From contig OY764216.1 in NCBI GenBank assembly GCA_963668315.1, positions 1,504,001 to 1,568,000 of the forward strand: 64,000 bases of DNA, read 5' to 3'. A program made the position numbers and the translations under genes. Every line of letters starts with the position of its first letter. Positions within the stretch are counted from its first letter, which is position 1. Origin of the DNA: Spirochaetia bacterium. Its GTDB lineage: Bacteria > Spirochaetota > Spirochaetia > DSM-2461. This document shows, piece by piece, positions 47,809 to 57,780 of the stretch. The notes under the pieces are model-generated. The model searched no databases. It worked only from the letters and a program-made list of their open reading frames with translations, and was not told the DNA's origin.

Positions 47809-48840
47809 ATGGAAAAAACTCTGTTAGGAAGAACGGGACTGGAAGTTTCCCGAACGGCTTTTGGAGTTCTGCCTCTTCAGCGGGTGGATTTTACGACGGC
47901 AAAGAAGATTCTGCTCCGTGCCTATGAAGGGGGAATCAACTTCTTCGATACGGCCCGGGGCTACACCGACAGCGAAGAGAAAATCGCCCATGCTCTGTCT
48001 CCGGTCCGCAAGGACATTATCATTGCCACCAAATGCTCCGGTGCCAAAAACAGGAAGGATGTTCTGTCTCTTCTGGAAGTTAGTCTGAAAAAGCTGAATA
48101 CCGATTATGTGGATCTTTTTCAGCTGCATAATCCCGACCACTTATCCGATCCTGACGATCCCGATTCTCTCTACGCCGGACTTCTTGAGGCCCGGAAGAA
48201 GGGTATGACCCGCTTCATCGGTGTTACCAACCACTCCCGGGAGAGGGCCCAGGCTTATGTGGATTCCGGACTGTACGATACGCTCCAGTTCCCGTTAAGC
48301 GCCATTTCCGATGAGGGGGATTTCGCTCTGGCCCGGTCCTGTGCCGATAAAAATATGGGGTTTATCGCGATGAAAGCCATGTGCGGGGGGCTTCTGAAGA
48401 GCGGCCGACCCGCCTTTGCCGGTCTGCGTCCCCACCGGCATGTGGTTCCCATATGGGGCATTCAGAGGATGGAGGAACTGGAGGAGTTTCTGGCGCTGGA
48501 AGAAAACCCGCCCGTTCTGGATGAGACGCTTAAAAGGGAAATCGCCCGTGACAGGGACGAGCTCTCCGGTGAGTTTTGCCGGGGCTGCGGATACTGTCTG
48601 CCCTGTCCGGCGGAGATTCCCATACCCATGGCCGCAAGGATGGGGCTTATTCTCAAACGGCTGCCGGCGGAACGGTTCGGGGACGGCGAGTGGCAGGAGA
48701 AGATGGCTAAGATTGAGAATTGCATAGACTGCGGCGCCTGTGAGACACGCTGTCCCTACGGGCTCGCCACCAGAACACTTCTCAGGGATAACCTGAGGGA
48801 GTATAAGCTATGGCTTCCTGTCCGTTCTGCATCGATATGA
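47809..48840 (+). CDS. Aldo/keto reductase with C-terminal 4Fe-4S domain
   Basis: FDTARGY, IATK, QLH; CRGCGYCLPCP and CIDCGACETRCP. Confidence 0.9.
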   Translation: MEKTLLGRTGLEVSRTAFGVLPLQRVDFTTAKKILLRAYEGGINFFDTARGYTDSEEKIAHALSPVRKDIIIATKCSGAKNRKDVLSLLEVSLKKLNTDYVDLFQLHNPDHLSDPDDPDSLYAGLLEARKKGMTRFIGVTNHSRERAQAYVDSGLYDTLQFPLSAISDEGDFALARSCADKNMGFIAMKAMCGGLLKSGRPAFAGLRPHRHVVPIWGIQRMEELEEFLALEENPPVLDETLKREIARDRDELSGEFCRGCGYCLPCPAEIPIPMAARMGLILKRLPAERFGDGEWQEKMAKIENCIDCGACETRCPYGLATRTLLRDNLREYKLWLPVRSASI

Positions 48841-48989
48841 ATTCCTTTGAGTACGGGAAACTCGGGATTGACGACCGGGAAATTGAAGCCCTGCAGGAAG
48901 AGATTCTCGCGGCAGGCTTTTCCGGGACCTGTACCGTCCTCAAGCTTGAGAATTACCAGACCCTCCATAATCAGGATAAGCCCCTTTGA
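48810..48989 (+). pseudogene. 59-aa CxxC ORF, probable remnant of an AhpD/CMD-like gene
   Basis: Hand translation MASCPFCIDMNSFEYGKLGIDDREIEALQEEILAAGFSGTCTVLKLENYQTLHNQDKPL*; overlaps the AKR 3' end. Confidence 0.45.
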
Positions 48990-49026
48990 AGGAGACGACT
49001 GTATCCGTCGGACCGGTGCCTTCTCG

Positions 49027-50154
49027 TTAACGGGTTTTCTTGTTTCTGAACATCATTTCGTCGGCCCTTTGAAAGAGCTCATCGTAATCCCTGTGAATGT
49101 CCGGATTAAAAATCTCATATCCCGCACTGAGCGAAAGGGTGAAGGGATTATTACTTGTCCTGTTCCAATCCTCAATATTTCGGTTTATACGGTCCAGGAC
49201 TTTTTTGACAATCTGCGTTTCTTCCGTCTCAAGGATAATCACGAATTCATCGCCTCCGTACCGGGCTAACGTATCTGAAGCCGAGAGGGAGTGGTCCAGA
49301 ATTGTCCCTGCGGTCTGGAGTATTTCATCCCCCTTGTCATGGCCGTAGGTATCATTGATGTTCTTGAATTTGTTCAGATCGATAACAACCAGGGCAAAGG
49401 GGCCTTTTCTGGTATATTGCTCCATTCGGCTGTATATCCTGGTCTCAAAGCTTTGTCTGTTCCAAAGGCCCGTCAGATAGTCCCGATCGCTTCGTCTGCT
49501 CTCCAGAAATAGATAGATGATGAGAAGGGCAATGGAAAAGGAGGGCCAGGCGGTGATGATGCCGTAAAAGAGAAGCTGAAGAAGAGAACCGATGCAGGGG
49601 ATCAGCGTATAGATCAGGACGGTCAGGAGGGTCTGCTTTTTAATTGTATCCCGATAATAGATGACGAGACCCAGTGCGGGGAGGATAAAGGAGTAGTTGA
49701 TAATGGCAAATATGAACATTCCCGGTCCCCGGTGGTAAACATTCGCCCCGTCTATGTAAAACACATAATCGGTGAAAAGTGAATATACCATAAGAACGCA
49801 TCCGGCGAAAAAGGGCAGCAGAAAAAGAAGGTGACTCGGGAGGGAGAAGCGCTTTTCCCTGAAAAGGGAAAACAGGTACAACAGGCCCAGGCTGACGGGA
49901 AGACTCTGGATACTGAGGTAGGCAAAGTTTACTGCGAATTTGATTTTATGAAGTGTATTCCCTCCGATGGGGAGATCACTACGCGAGAGAATATCGAGTA
50001 AAGAGATGATCAGGATAGTGAATGCCAGCCACGTTCTGTATCGGGCCGAGAGGGAAAGATCTCCGTTGTACCTATAGGTATGTATGATTATAATCAGAAG
50101 CAGAAGAATCGAAAATATATGAATATCGATGTAGTTATAATAATTGATGGCCAT
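49027..50154 (-). CDS. Membrane (about 7 TM) GGDEF diguanylate cyclase
   Basis: DYLTGLWNR, DLNKFKNINDTYGH, RYGGDEF; I-site Arg absent (SASD). Confidence 0.9.
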   Translation of the reverse strand: MAINYYNYIDIHIFSILLLLIIIIHTYRYNGDLSLSARYRTWLAFTILIISLLDILSRSDLPIGGNTLHKIKFAVNFAYLSIQSLPVSLGLLYLFSLFREKRFSLPSHLLFLLPFFAGCVLMVYSLFTDYVFYIDGANVYHRGPGMFIFAIINYSFILPALGLVIYYRDTIKKQTLLTVLIYTLIPCIGSLLQLLFYGIITAWPSFSIALLIIYLFLESRRSDRDYLTGLWNRQSFETRIYSRMEQYTRKGPFALVVIDLNKFKNINDTYGHDKGDEILQTAGTILDHSLSASDTLARYGGDEFVIILETEETQIVKKVLDRINRNIEDWNRTSNNPFTLSLSAGYEIFNPDIHRDYDELFQRADEMMFRNKKTR

Positions 50155-50350
50155 GATTTAATTTTTAACTTTTTACTTAAATAGTAGAAGGTAAATCGCA
50201 GAATAACAATCTCTTTTGGATTATTTGTATAAAAAATCCCGCTGAAGATGATTCAACGGGGAATCCGTCTTCCCCGGCTGTCCCCGAGAAAATTTTCCCT
50301 TTCCCTCCCGATGTAGTATAATCTATAGAAACAGACCCGAGGGAGGAACA

Positions 50351-51376
50351 ATGGAACGATCGACCGTGTCTCATATTAAAGCGCTTGGATTCACGTGGCA
50401 GACAAGGGATCCTTTTCTCTTCTGCGTTCACCATAAGGACGGCTATCCGGCGGGTAACGAGGAACTGGGACCGGACGCTTCGCTGGACGGACGGGATCTG
50501 GGGCAGGACTTCACCTTAAAGGACGGGTGGCGCATGTACCACGGAGAGAGAATTCCCGGGTTTCCCTCCCATCCCCACAGGGGCTTTGAGACGGTCACAG
50601 CCGTTCTCAAAGGATTTGTCGATCATTCCGACTCCCATGGATCGGCCGGCCGCTACGGAAACGGTGACGTCCAGTGGATGACGGCCGGCTCGGGGCTTCA
50701 GCATTCCGAGATGTTTCCCCTGCTTGACCGCCATAAGCCCAACCCCCTGGAACTCTTTCAGATCTGGCTGAATCTGCCCGGAAGCAGGAAGTTCGCCGAT
50801 CCCTATTACACCATGCTCTGGGCCGAAGATATTCCCCTGTTCCGGGAAGAGGATGAAAGGGGCCGGAAAACGGAAGTGACTCTCATTGCCGGAAGGCTGG
50901 GGAATGTGAAAGCCCCTGATCCGGCTCCCGATTCCTGGGCCTTTGGAACCCCAAATGAAGTAGCCATCTGGATTATAAAAATGGCCCCCCGCGCCGGATG
51001 GACCCTTCCGGCAGCCTCGCCGGAGATTAATCGTTCTCTCTATTTTTATGAGGGTGAGTCCCTTGACGTCGACGGTGTCGCTATTCCTTTCTACCATTCG
51101 GCAGACCTTTCTCCGGAGAAACCTCTGAGGATTAAAAACGGAGACGAAGAGGCCTCCCTGCTTCTGCTTCAGGGAAGGCCCATCGGCGAGCCGGTCATTC
51201 AGCACGGTCCCTTCGTTATGAACACGGCGGAAGAGATCCGCGATGCCTATAACGATTTTCAGCGGACCCGGTTCGGCGGATGGCCCTGGTCAAGGGAAGA
51301 TAATGTCCATGGCAGGGAGAAAGGGCGGTTCGCCCGTTACGCCGACGGGCGGACTGAGGAGAAACGGGGAGACTGA
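50351..51376 (+). CDS. Pirin-family protein
   Basis: DPFLF, GFPSHPHRGFETVT, HSDS, QWMTAGSGLQHSE, QIWLNLP, GPFVMN. Confidence 0.93.
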   Translation: MERSTVSHIKALGFTWQTRDPFLFCVHHKDGYPAGNEELGPDASLDGRDLGQDFTLKDGWRMYHGERIPGFPSHPHRGFETVTAVLKGFVDHSDSHGSAGRYGNGDVQWMTAGSGLQHSEMFPLLDRHKPNPLELFQIWLNLPGSRKFADPYYTMLWAEDIPLFREEDERGRKTEVTLIAGRLGNVKAPDPAPDSWAFGTPNEVAIWIIKMAPRAGWTLPAASPEINRSLYFYEGESLDVDGVAIPFYHSADLSPEKPLRIKNGDEEASLLLLQGRPIGEPVIQHGPFVMNTAEEIRDAYNDFQRTRFGGWPWSREDNVHGREKGRFARYADGRTEEKRGD

Positions 51377-51380
51377 TACC

Positions 51381-51989
51381 TTAGCGCACCCGGTTCCCGA
51401 ATCGTTTCAACACTCCTTCAAGGGCTTCATCGGTGTCCGCGTCAAAGAGAATCCCTTCGTCGGCGACCTCTGTAAAGGCATGGGTGATCCCTTCCCCGCG
51501 GAGGAGCCCGCCCAGTCCTTTTTCTCCGGAATAATCTAGAATCCTTCGGTACAAGGTGGCCCGGATGAGGGGAGGATGGCCCTTCCTGCCGCCGCAGACC
51601 GGATGAATCACATCGGACTCGCTGTCCCTGAAGGCTTCCCTGAGCAGACGTATCGTATCGGGCAGGACAAAGGGGTAATCCACGGGGAGCATGAAAAAAC
51701 CGGGTGAATCGCCGGGCAAGCTCTCTACGCCGGTTGTCACCGAGGTGTACATCCCTTCGGCATAGGCGCTGTTGAAAAGAGGAATGACATTCTGCTGCCT
51801 AAGCCTCTCCGTAAGAAGTTCCGCCTTGTGTCCGGTTACGGCGAAAATCCGCGTCACCCCTCCTTCCTTCAGGAGCCTGACGACCCGGTCGATCAGGATC
51901 TCCGTACCAACGGGACAGAGCGGTTTGAAACGGGACATCCGGCTGGAATAACCGGCTGTCAATATGATTCCGTCGGGATTATTATTCAC
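51381..51989 (-). CDS. MocA/MobA-like nucleotidyltransferase
   Basis: LTAGYSSRM..FKP, GMYTS, PVDYP, GHPPLI, DADT. Confidence 0.85.
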   Translation of the reverse strand: MNNNPDGIILTAGYSSRMSRFKPLCPVGTEILIDRVVRLLKEGGVTRIFAVTGHKAELLTERLRQQNVIPLFNSAYAEGMYTSVTTGVESLPGDSPGFFMLPVDYPFVLPDTIRLLREAFRDSESDVIHPVCGGRKGHPPLIRATLYRRILDYSGEKGLGGLLRGEGITHAFTEVADEGILFDADTDEALEGVLKRFGNRVR

Positions 51990-52986
51990 CGCTCCTCTCC
52001 GGAGCGCGTCTTTTCTCTATCAGCTGGGCCATTACGCTCACGGCGATCTCAGCCGGTGTTTCCGAGCCTATCTCTAACCCGATCGGCGCCGTCACCCGCT
52101 CCAGGTCGTGTGGAGTGAAACCCTTCTGCTTTAAGGAGTCGTAAATCATGGCTATTTTCCGGCTGCTGCCCATCATGCCGATATAGGAGGCGTCCGTTTT
52201 CAGGGCCTGTTCCAGGACATCCCTGTCATAGCGGTGTCCCCGGGTCATGATGACGATAAAGTACCGGGATCTTCCGGTCATGGCGGAAAAGCAGTCTCCG
52301 TATTCCGGCTTAACCAGAACCTCCCTGGCCCGGGGGAAACGTTCTTTTGAAGCAAACTCCGGCCTGTCATCCACCACTACCGTATCGAAACCGGCGAAAT
52401 CGGCCAGTTCCGCCGTTTTTAGACCCACGTGGCCCCCCCCGAGTATATAAACGCAGAAATTCCTCTCCAGGGCTTCGGCCAGAAAAAAGCAGCCGTCCTT
52501 CTCTTCGCTTCTGGCGTAGACGGGGGCCTGTCTGTGAGGACCGTCCCCCTCGCTTTCCCAGGGATCGTATGAGAGGGCCAGAGATGTTTCCAGTCCCTCC
52601 GGAGTTTTCTGAATGCGGGTAATCAGATACCCCCGGTTCGCTTCCGTGAAGAGGGCCTCCATCCCTTCCGTTCCTCCGTCTATCCCCTGAATCAGCACTT
52701 CCGCCCTTCCGCCGCAGGTCATGTCGACGCCCTCAACCGTTTCCCCATCCAGAAGAAACTCGCATATGCGGCTCTCTCCCGTTTCCAGACAGATCAGCGC
52801 CGTCTCGATGACTTCGGATTCGATTTTACCGCCGCCGACGGTTCCCGTAATCCTTTTGTCTCTGCTTACCAGCATTTTGGAACCGGCTCCCCGGGGTGTG
52901 GAGCCCTCGCTTTCCAGAACGGTGGCCAGGGCAAACTTCTCTTTATTCCGGCAGAGTTCCGCTGCCTCGGCGGTTATGTCTTTCAT
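51982..52986 (-). CDS. xdhC: XdhC-family molybdoenzyme maturation factor
   Basis: GSTPRGAGSKM, GTVGGG, MTCGG, GGGHVG, DDRPEF, TRGH, YIGMMGS, PIGL..ETPAEIA. Confidence 0.9.
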   Translation of the reverse strand: MKDITAEAAELCRNKEKFALATVLESEGSTPRGAGSKMLVSRDKRITGTVGGGKIESEVIETALICLETGESRICEFLLDGETVEGVDMTCGGRAEVLIQGIDGGTEGMEALFTEANRGYLITRIQKTPEGLETSLALSYDPWESEGDGPHRQAPVYARSEEKDGCFFLAEALERNFCVYILGGGHVGLKTAELADFAGFDTVVVDDRPEFASKERFPRAREVLVKPEYGDCFSAMTGRSRYFIVIMTRGHRYDRDVLEQALKTDASYIGMMGSSRKIAMIYDSLKQKGFTPHDLERVTAPIGLEIGSETPAEIAVSVMAQLIEKRRAPERSGE

Positions 52987-53240
52987 CCCCCCATTATAGC
53001 GGCATTTTTCCTTTTGGCATAGGCGGATATGACCGCTCGATTATCGGGAACGGCATAGGCTGCGTCCCGCTCCCTTTGATTCCAAAGGGCGGGTCCCCCG
53101 GGGGAAAAGGGTGATGGCGAATGCGACTCGGGGGACTCTTTTTCTTCTCCGGAGGGCGAATTGCTTGATCAGATCGGGGGATTTTTCTAAAATTGGTCTA
53201 GAATAGTGTGAAAAAGATCAATCTTAAGGAAGAAAAAATC

Positions 53241-54323
53241 ATGGTTAAACACGTTGTCATCATGGCCGGGGGAGCGGGAAAGCGTCTCTGGCCCGCCTCG
53301 AATAGGGATACTCCCAAACAGCTCCTTGAACTGAACAAGGGAAAATCCCTGTTATACGGGACGCTGGAGAGGGCGTTCGCCCTGAACGTGGAAGGCCATA
53401 TCATTATCGTTACCCATCAGAATCAGGTGGAGGGATGCATCGCCGCCTGCCGGGATTTCTCCGAAGATCAGAGGGGGAAAATCCTCATTCTGGCCGAACC
53501 GATCGCCCGGAATACAGCTCCCGCCCTGGCTCTGGCCGCCCAGTGGATAGGAAATCACTGTTCCGTGGAGGATACGGTCCTTGTTCTGGCGGCGGATCAT
53601 CTTATTTCTCCCCTAGAGGCTTTTATCAGGGATGTTGAGACCGCTTCCCGTCCCGCCGAAGAAGGTTTCCTGGTCACCTTCGGCATCGTCCCGTCCTTTC
53701 CCTCCACGGGCTACGGTTACGTGGAAGCATCCGTGGGGGATGCCCCTGTCCGGGACGTTCTGTCCTTCCGGGAAAAACCCGACCGGGCCACGGCCGAGGA
53801 TTTCCTTACCAGGGGTAATTATCTCTGGAATTCCGGTATGTTCGCCTATTCTGTGAAGACCTTTCTGGAGGAGCTTGCCCAGTCATCCCCTGATATCGCC
53901 GGCCCTTTTTCCGCTCTGGAAGCTTCGTCCTTTCCCCTGGTAACCCGTGACAATGTCCGAATCCCCGCCAGTCTGGAGGCGATCGGGGACGCCTACGGGA
54001 AAACCGCCTCCGATTCGGTGGACTACGCCGTTATGGAGAAGAGCCGCCGCATCAAGGTTGTACCCGCCACTATGGAGTGGAACGACGTGGGCAGCTGGGA
54101 CGTGATTGCCGAGGAGAAACTCACCCTTCCCTCGGATATTCTGGGGGAAGAGGATAAATCCAACTATGTATACAGCGATATGCCCGTGGCCCTCTGCGGC
54201 GTGGAAAATCTCATCGTCGTGGTAAAGAACGGAGCCGTTCTGATCTGCCGGAAAGGCGAGAGCCAGCAGGTCAAGGATGTGGTCGATTATCTGAAAGATT
54301 CAGGGCGGGAAGAACTTCTTTGA
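53241..54323 (+). CDS. manC: Mannose-1-phosphate guanylyltransferase
   Basis: IMAGGAGKRLWPAS..PKQ, EPIARNTAPA, ADH, TGYGY, FREKP, WNSGMF, DYAVMEK, WNDVGSW. Confidence 0.9.
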   Translation: MVKHVVIMAGGAGKRLWPASNRDTPKQLLELNKGKSLLYGTLERAFALNVEGHIIIVTHQNQVEGCIAACRDFSEDQRGKILILAEPIARNTAPALALAAQWIGNHCSVEDTVLVLAADHLISPLEAFIRDVETASRPAEEGFLVTFGIVPSFPSTGYGYVEASVGDAPVRDVLSFREKPDRATAEDFLTRGNYLWNSGMFAYSVKTFLEELAQSSPDIAGPFSALEASSFPLVTRDNVRIPASLEAIGDAYGKTASDSVDYAVMEKSRRIKVVPATMEWNDVGSWDVIAEEKLTLPSDILGEEDKSNYVYSDMPVALCGVENLIVVVKNGAVLICRKGESQQVKDVVDYLKDSGREELL

Positions 54324-54859
54324 AATTCTCCGTGATCCTGTCCGTTTTCGTCCTTTTTGTCCTGGGCGGGTGCCGGATTGATTATGATCTGGCCGGAGGG
54401 GAGGACGACGAATCCATCCCCGACCTCTATATGGAGGGAATCAGCCAGATTCAGACCACCGGGGACGGCAGGGCTCTGGTCGTGACTGCGGACAGCGCCT
54501 CCATCTTCTCCGAGGAGGGTGAGACCATTTTCGGAAATCTTACTTTCCGTGACATGGGGGAGGACGGTTCCCTCCAGAGGCTGGGGTCGGCGGGAAAAGT
54601 CCGGCTGTTCAATAAAAACGATGCGGATCTGGAGGGCGGCGTCAGAATCGAATCCTACGTGGATGACGTCAGGATTGACGGGGACGCCTTTTTCTGGAAA
54701 GATGAGGATCAGCTGCTTTCCGCGCCGGAGGACAGTGTGGTGACCATGGTTCGCGAAGGGGAAACGGAAATCTCCGGAGCCGGGTTTCAGGCCGATTTCC
54801 GTCTCAATGAAATTCAGTTTGACAAGGGCGTCAGAGGGGAGCTGCAGCTTGAAGAATAG
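54320..54859 (+). CDS. lptC: LptC-like LPS export periplasmic protein
   Basis: N-terminal anchor with GC lipobox, beta-jellyroll-like, ISGAGFQAD; position before lptA/lptB. Confidence 0.7.
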   Translation: MKFSVILSVFVLFVLGGCRIDYDLAGGEDDESIPDLYMEGISQIQTTGDGRALVVTADSASIFSEEGETIFGNLTFRDMGEDGSLQRLGSAGKVRLFNKNDADLEGGVRIESYVDDVRIDGDAFFWKDEDQLLSAPEDSVVTMVREGETEISGAGFQADFRLNEIQFDKGVRGELQLEE

Positions 54860-55535
54860 TATTCTGCTTATTTTGGTCCTGCTGCCGGGGTTCTTCCTGG
54901 CCGCTGAGACCTACTCCTTTTCGGGGGACCGGTCCTTTTCCGTCATGAGGGAAGGCGAGGAAATCACCACCATAGAGGGAAATGTCTCCATCCTCTCCGA
55001 ATCGAAGGAAATTTATGCCCGAAGTGTATCCATCACCGGGCTGGATGATCCTGAATTCGGCGGCGAGGGGGATGTCCGGGTTGTGGATCTCGAAAGGGAC
55101 ATGGAGCTGAAGGCCCAGGAGTTTACCTACTCCTCCTCGGGGAACATGCTGCGTGCCAAGGGGGATGTCCGAATGGAGGACAGGTCGAACGATCTGTTTA
55201 TCCGGTGTCAGCTCCTGACGGTGATGGAGGAGAAGGACCAGGTCGTCATGGAGATAGGTGTGCGCCTTTTCAAGGATGACATTATCTGCCGCAGCCAGTA
55301 CGCTTTATATAAAAGAGAAGAAAATCTGCTGGAACTGACCGGCTTCCCCGTGGTATATAAGGGGGAGGACCAGTACAGGGCCGACCGAATCCGGGTTAAT
55401 CTGGAAACCGACGAAATAACCATGTCCGGCCGCATAGAGGGGTCTCTGTACACTTCCCGGGAGGAGACCGATGTTCCGCCGGATGAGTCCGGTGACGGTG
55501 GTGTGGAAACGGTCCAGGAGGATTCGGATGAGTGA
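54849..55535 (+). CDS. lptA: LptA/OstA-family protein
   Basis: Signal peptide, repeated G(N/D)V strands, LELTGFPVV..YRADRIRVNL; operon context. Confidence 0.75.
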   Translation: MKNSILLILVLLPGFFLAAETYSFSGDRSFSVMREGEEITTIEGNVSILSESKEIYARSVSITGLDDPEFGGEGDVRVVDLERDMELKAQEFTYSSSGNMLRAKGDVRMEDRSNDLFIRCQLLTVMEEKDQVVMEIGVRLFKDDIICRSQYALYKREENLLELTGFPVVYKGEDQYRADRIRVNLETDEITMSGRIEGSLYTSREETDVPPDESGDGGVETVQEDSDE

Positions 55536-56265
55536 GAAGGAGCCCCGGCTGAGAGTCGAGGGGCTGAAGAAAGTTTTCCGTAAGAAAGTCGCCGTAAGGG
55601 ATGTTTCCTTCTCCATGGGTGAAGGGGAGATTGTCGGTCTTCTGGGACCCAACGGAGCGGGAAAAACAACTTCCTTCTATATGGTGGTGGGATTCATCAG
55701 ACCAACCCAGGGAAAGATCTACCTGAATAATGAGGATATTACGACCATGGCCATGTACCGCCGCGCCCGCCTGGGAATTTCCTATCTTCCTCAGGAGCCC
55801 TCCGTTTTCAGTAAATTGACCGTGGAAAAGAATATCTGGGCCGCGCTGGAGGCCCGGAACGATATCGGTATGGCCGAGAAAAAGGACCGTCTGGAGAGTC
55901 TGATTGACGATCTGGGTATAGAGAAGGTCCGCCGGCAGAAAGCCTATACCCTATCCGGCGGGGAAAGGCGCCGGACCGAGATAGCCCGTTCCCTGGCCAT
56001 GGACCCCCATTTCCTTCTCCTCGACGAGCCCTTCGCCGGAATAGACCCCATCGCGGTGTACGAGATCAAAAAAATCGTCTCCCATCTGTCGGAAAGGGGT
56101 ATCGGCGTCCTAATTACCGATCACAACGTGCGTGATACCTTGGAAATTACCGACAGATCCTATATAATGAATCTCGGCGAGATCGTGGTAAGCGGTTCTC
56201 ATCAGGAACTTGTTAACAGTGAGCTGGCCCGGAAGATATACCTGGGCGACAATTTTTCCATGTAA
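55528..56265 (+). CDS. lptB: LPS export ABC ATPase
   Basis: GPNGAGKTT, YLPQEPSVF, LSGGERRRTEIAR, DEPFAGIDP, ITDHNVR. Confidence 0.95.
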   Translation: MSEKEPRLRVEGLKKVFRKKVAVRDVSFSMGEGEIVGLLGPNGAGKTTSFYMVVGFIRPTQGKIYLNNEDITTMAMYRRARLGISYLPQEPSVFSKLTVEKNIWAALEARNDIGMAEKKDRLESLIDDLGIEKVRRQKAYTLSGGERRRTEIARSLAMDPHFLLLDEPFAGIDPIAVYEIKKIVSHLSERGIGVLITDHNVRDTLEITDRSYIMNLGEIVVSGSHQELVNSELARKIYLGDNFSM

Positions 56266-56285
56266 AAAGGGAGCTTAAACGGACC

Positions 56286-57668
56286 GTGCAGTCTCAGAGT
56301 ATCGTACTGTCGCAGGAACAGAAACTAAAACTCTCTCCTCAGCTTTTTCAGTCCATACAGCTGATGGCTCTGCCTCTGACCGATCTGCAGCAGCGCATCA
56401 GGGATGAGGTGGAGAAAAACCCCGCCCTGGAAATTGTCCGCGAGAAGGGGGAAATCTCCCAGACCGATATGTCCGGCGGAGCGGAGCTGGAGAGGGCTTC
56501 CCAGGATTACGATCCCTTTGAAAACTCCTCCGATCCGGGTTACGAACCCCGGCTGACTAGCTATTCCGCCAGCGGGGAAGACACGAAACGCCAGTTCCTG
56601 GAAGGCGCCGTTTCCCGGGGGGAGACCCTTCAGGAACATCTGGAAGAACAGCTTAACCTGATGAAGAATCTTTCCGAAAAGGAGTACGATCTGGCCTACA
56701 GCCTCATCCACAATCTGGATGAGAACGGCTTCCACCGGGAAGCGCCCCTTGTCCTGGCCGAAGGGGATGAGGTGCTGGTCGACAGGATCCTCCCCCGACT
56801 TCAGTGCCTTGATCCGGTCGGCTGCTGCACCACCGATGTCATGGAGTCCCTGAAAGTGCAGGCCGCCCACAGGAGCGACAGCCCTTCGGATATTATCGAT
56901 TTTCTCGACGGGATCATCCCCCATCTCCGGGACAACAAACATGACGCCCTCCTGAAGGAGTCGGGACTAACCGAAGAGGAGTTCCAGGAGCATCTGGATT
57001 TTATCCGAACTCTCACACCCTATCCGGGGCGTCTTTACTCCTCGGACAATCTCTCCTATGTCATTCCCGACCTGCAGGTGAAGCTGGAAGGGGATGAGCT
57101 GGTTATCTATCTGAATGACAGCCCGGTACCCGAGTTGAGGATCAACAGCTACTTTGAGGAACTGGACGGAATTAAAAAGCAGGACAGGGAGATCAAGCAA
57201 TTCGTCGGTTCCCATGTGAAGGACGCCCGCTGGTTTATCAACAGTCTGGAGCAGAGAAACCGGACTCTCTTAAGGGCCGCCCGGGCCATTGTCGAGCATC
57301 AGCGGGAGTTCTTCCACAAGGGCGCCAAGGGACTTGTCCCTCTTACCTTGAAGGACATAGCCGCCGAAATCGACGTTCATGAGGCCACCGTTTCACGGAT
57401 AACCACCAATAAATATGTCCAGACCGAGTGGGGCATCTTTGAACTGAAATATTTTTTTACCAATTCCATCTCCGGTTCCGGGTCCTCCTATTCCCGTGAG
57501 GCGGTTAAGGAGATTATCAAGGAAATCATAGAGGCCCACGAAGGACCTAAACGTTTATCCGATCAGAAAATCTCCGATATCCTGGCGGAGCGGGGCATAA
57601 ACATCGCCCGGCGAACCGCCGCCAAATACCGCAAAGAACTGGACATCGATTCTTCCTACGGCCGCTGA
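56286..57668 (+). CDS. rpoN: RNA polymerase sigma-54 factor
   Basis: Q-rich region I, NPAL, PLTLKDIA..HEATVSR, RpoN box ARRTAAKYR. Confidence 0.95.
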   Translation: MQSQSIVLSQEQKLKLSPQLFQSIQLMALPLTDLQQRIRDEVEKNPALEIVREKGEISQTDMSGGAELERASQDYDPFENSSDPGYEPRLTSYSASGEDTKRQFLEGAVSRGETLQEHLEEQLNLMKNLSEKEYDLAYSLIHNLDENGFHREAPLVLAEGDEVLVDRILPRLQCLDPVGCCTTDVMESLKVQAAHRSDSPSDIIDFLDGIIPHLRDNKHDALLKESGLTEEEFQEHLDFIRTLTPYPGRLYSSDNLSYVIPDLQVKLEGDELVIYLNDSPVPELRINSYFEELDGIKKQDREIKQFVGSHVKDARWFINSLEQRNRTLLRAARAIVEHQREFFHKGAKGLVPLTLKDIAAEIDVHEATVSRITTNKYVQTEWGIFELKYFFTNSISGSGSSYSREAVKEIIKEIIEAHEGPKRLSDQKISDILAERGINIARRTAAKYRKELDIDSSYGR

Positions 57669-57780
57669 CACCTCTTCGCTCAGAGCGTGGAATTGTTTGA
57701 ATTTCACCGCAAAGGGCATTATATTTAAAGTATCACCGACCGGGAGAGATTCAACGGGCGGACATTTATAGGAGGTCTAT

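Noticed and set aside
57669..57780. Sigma-54 promoter for hpf
   Set aside because: No correctly spaced TGGCAC-N5-TTGC found
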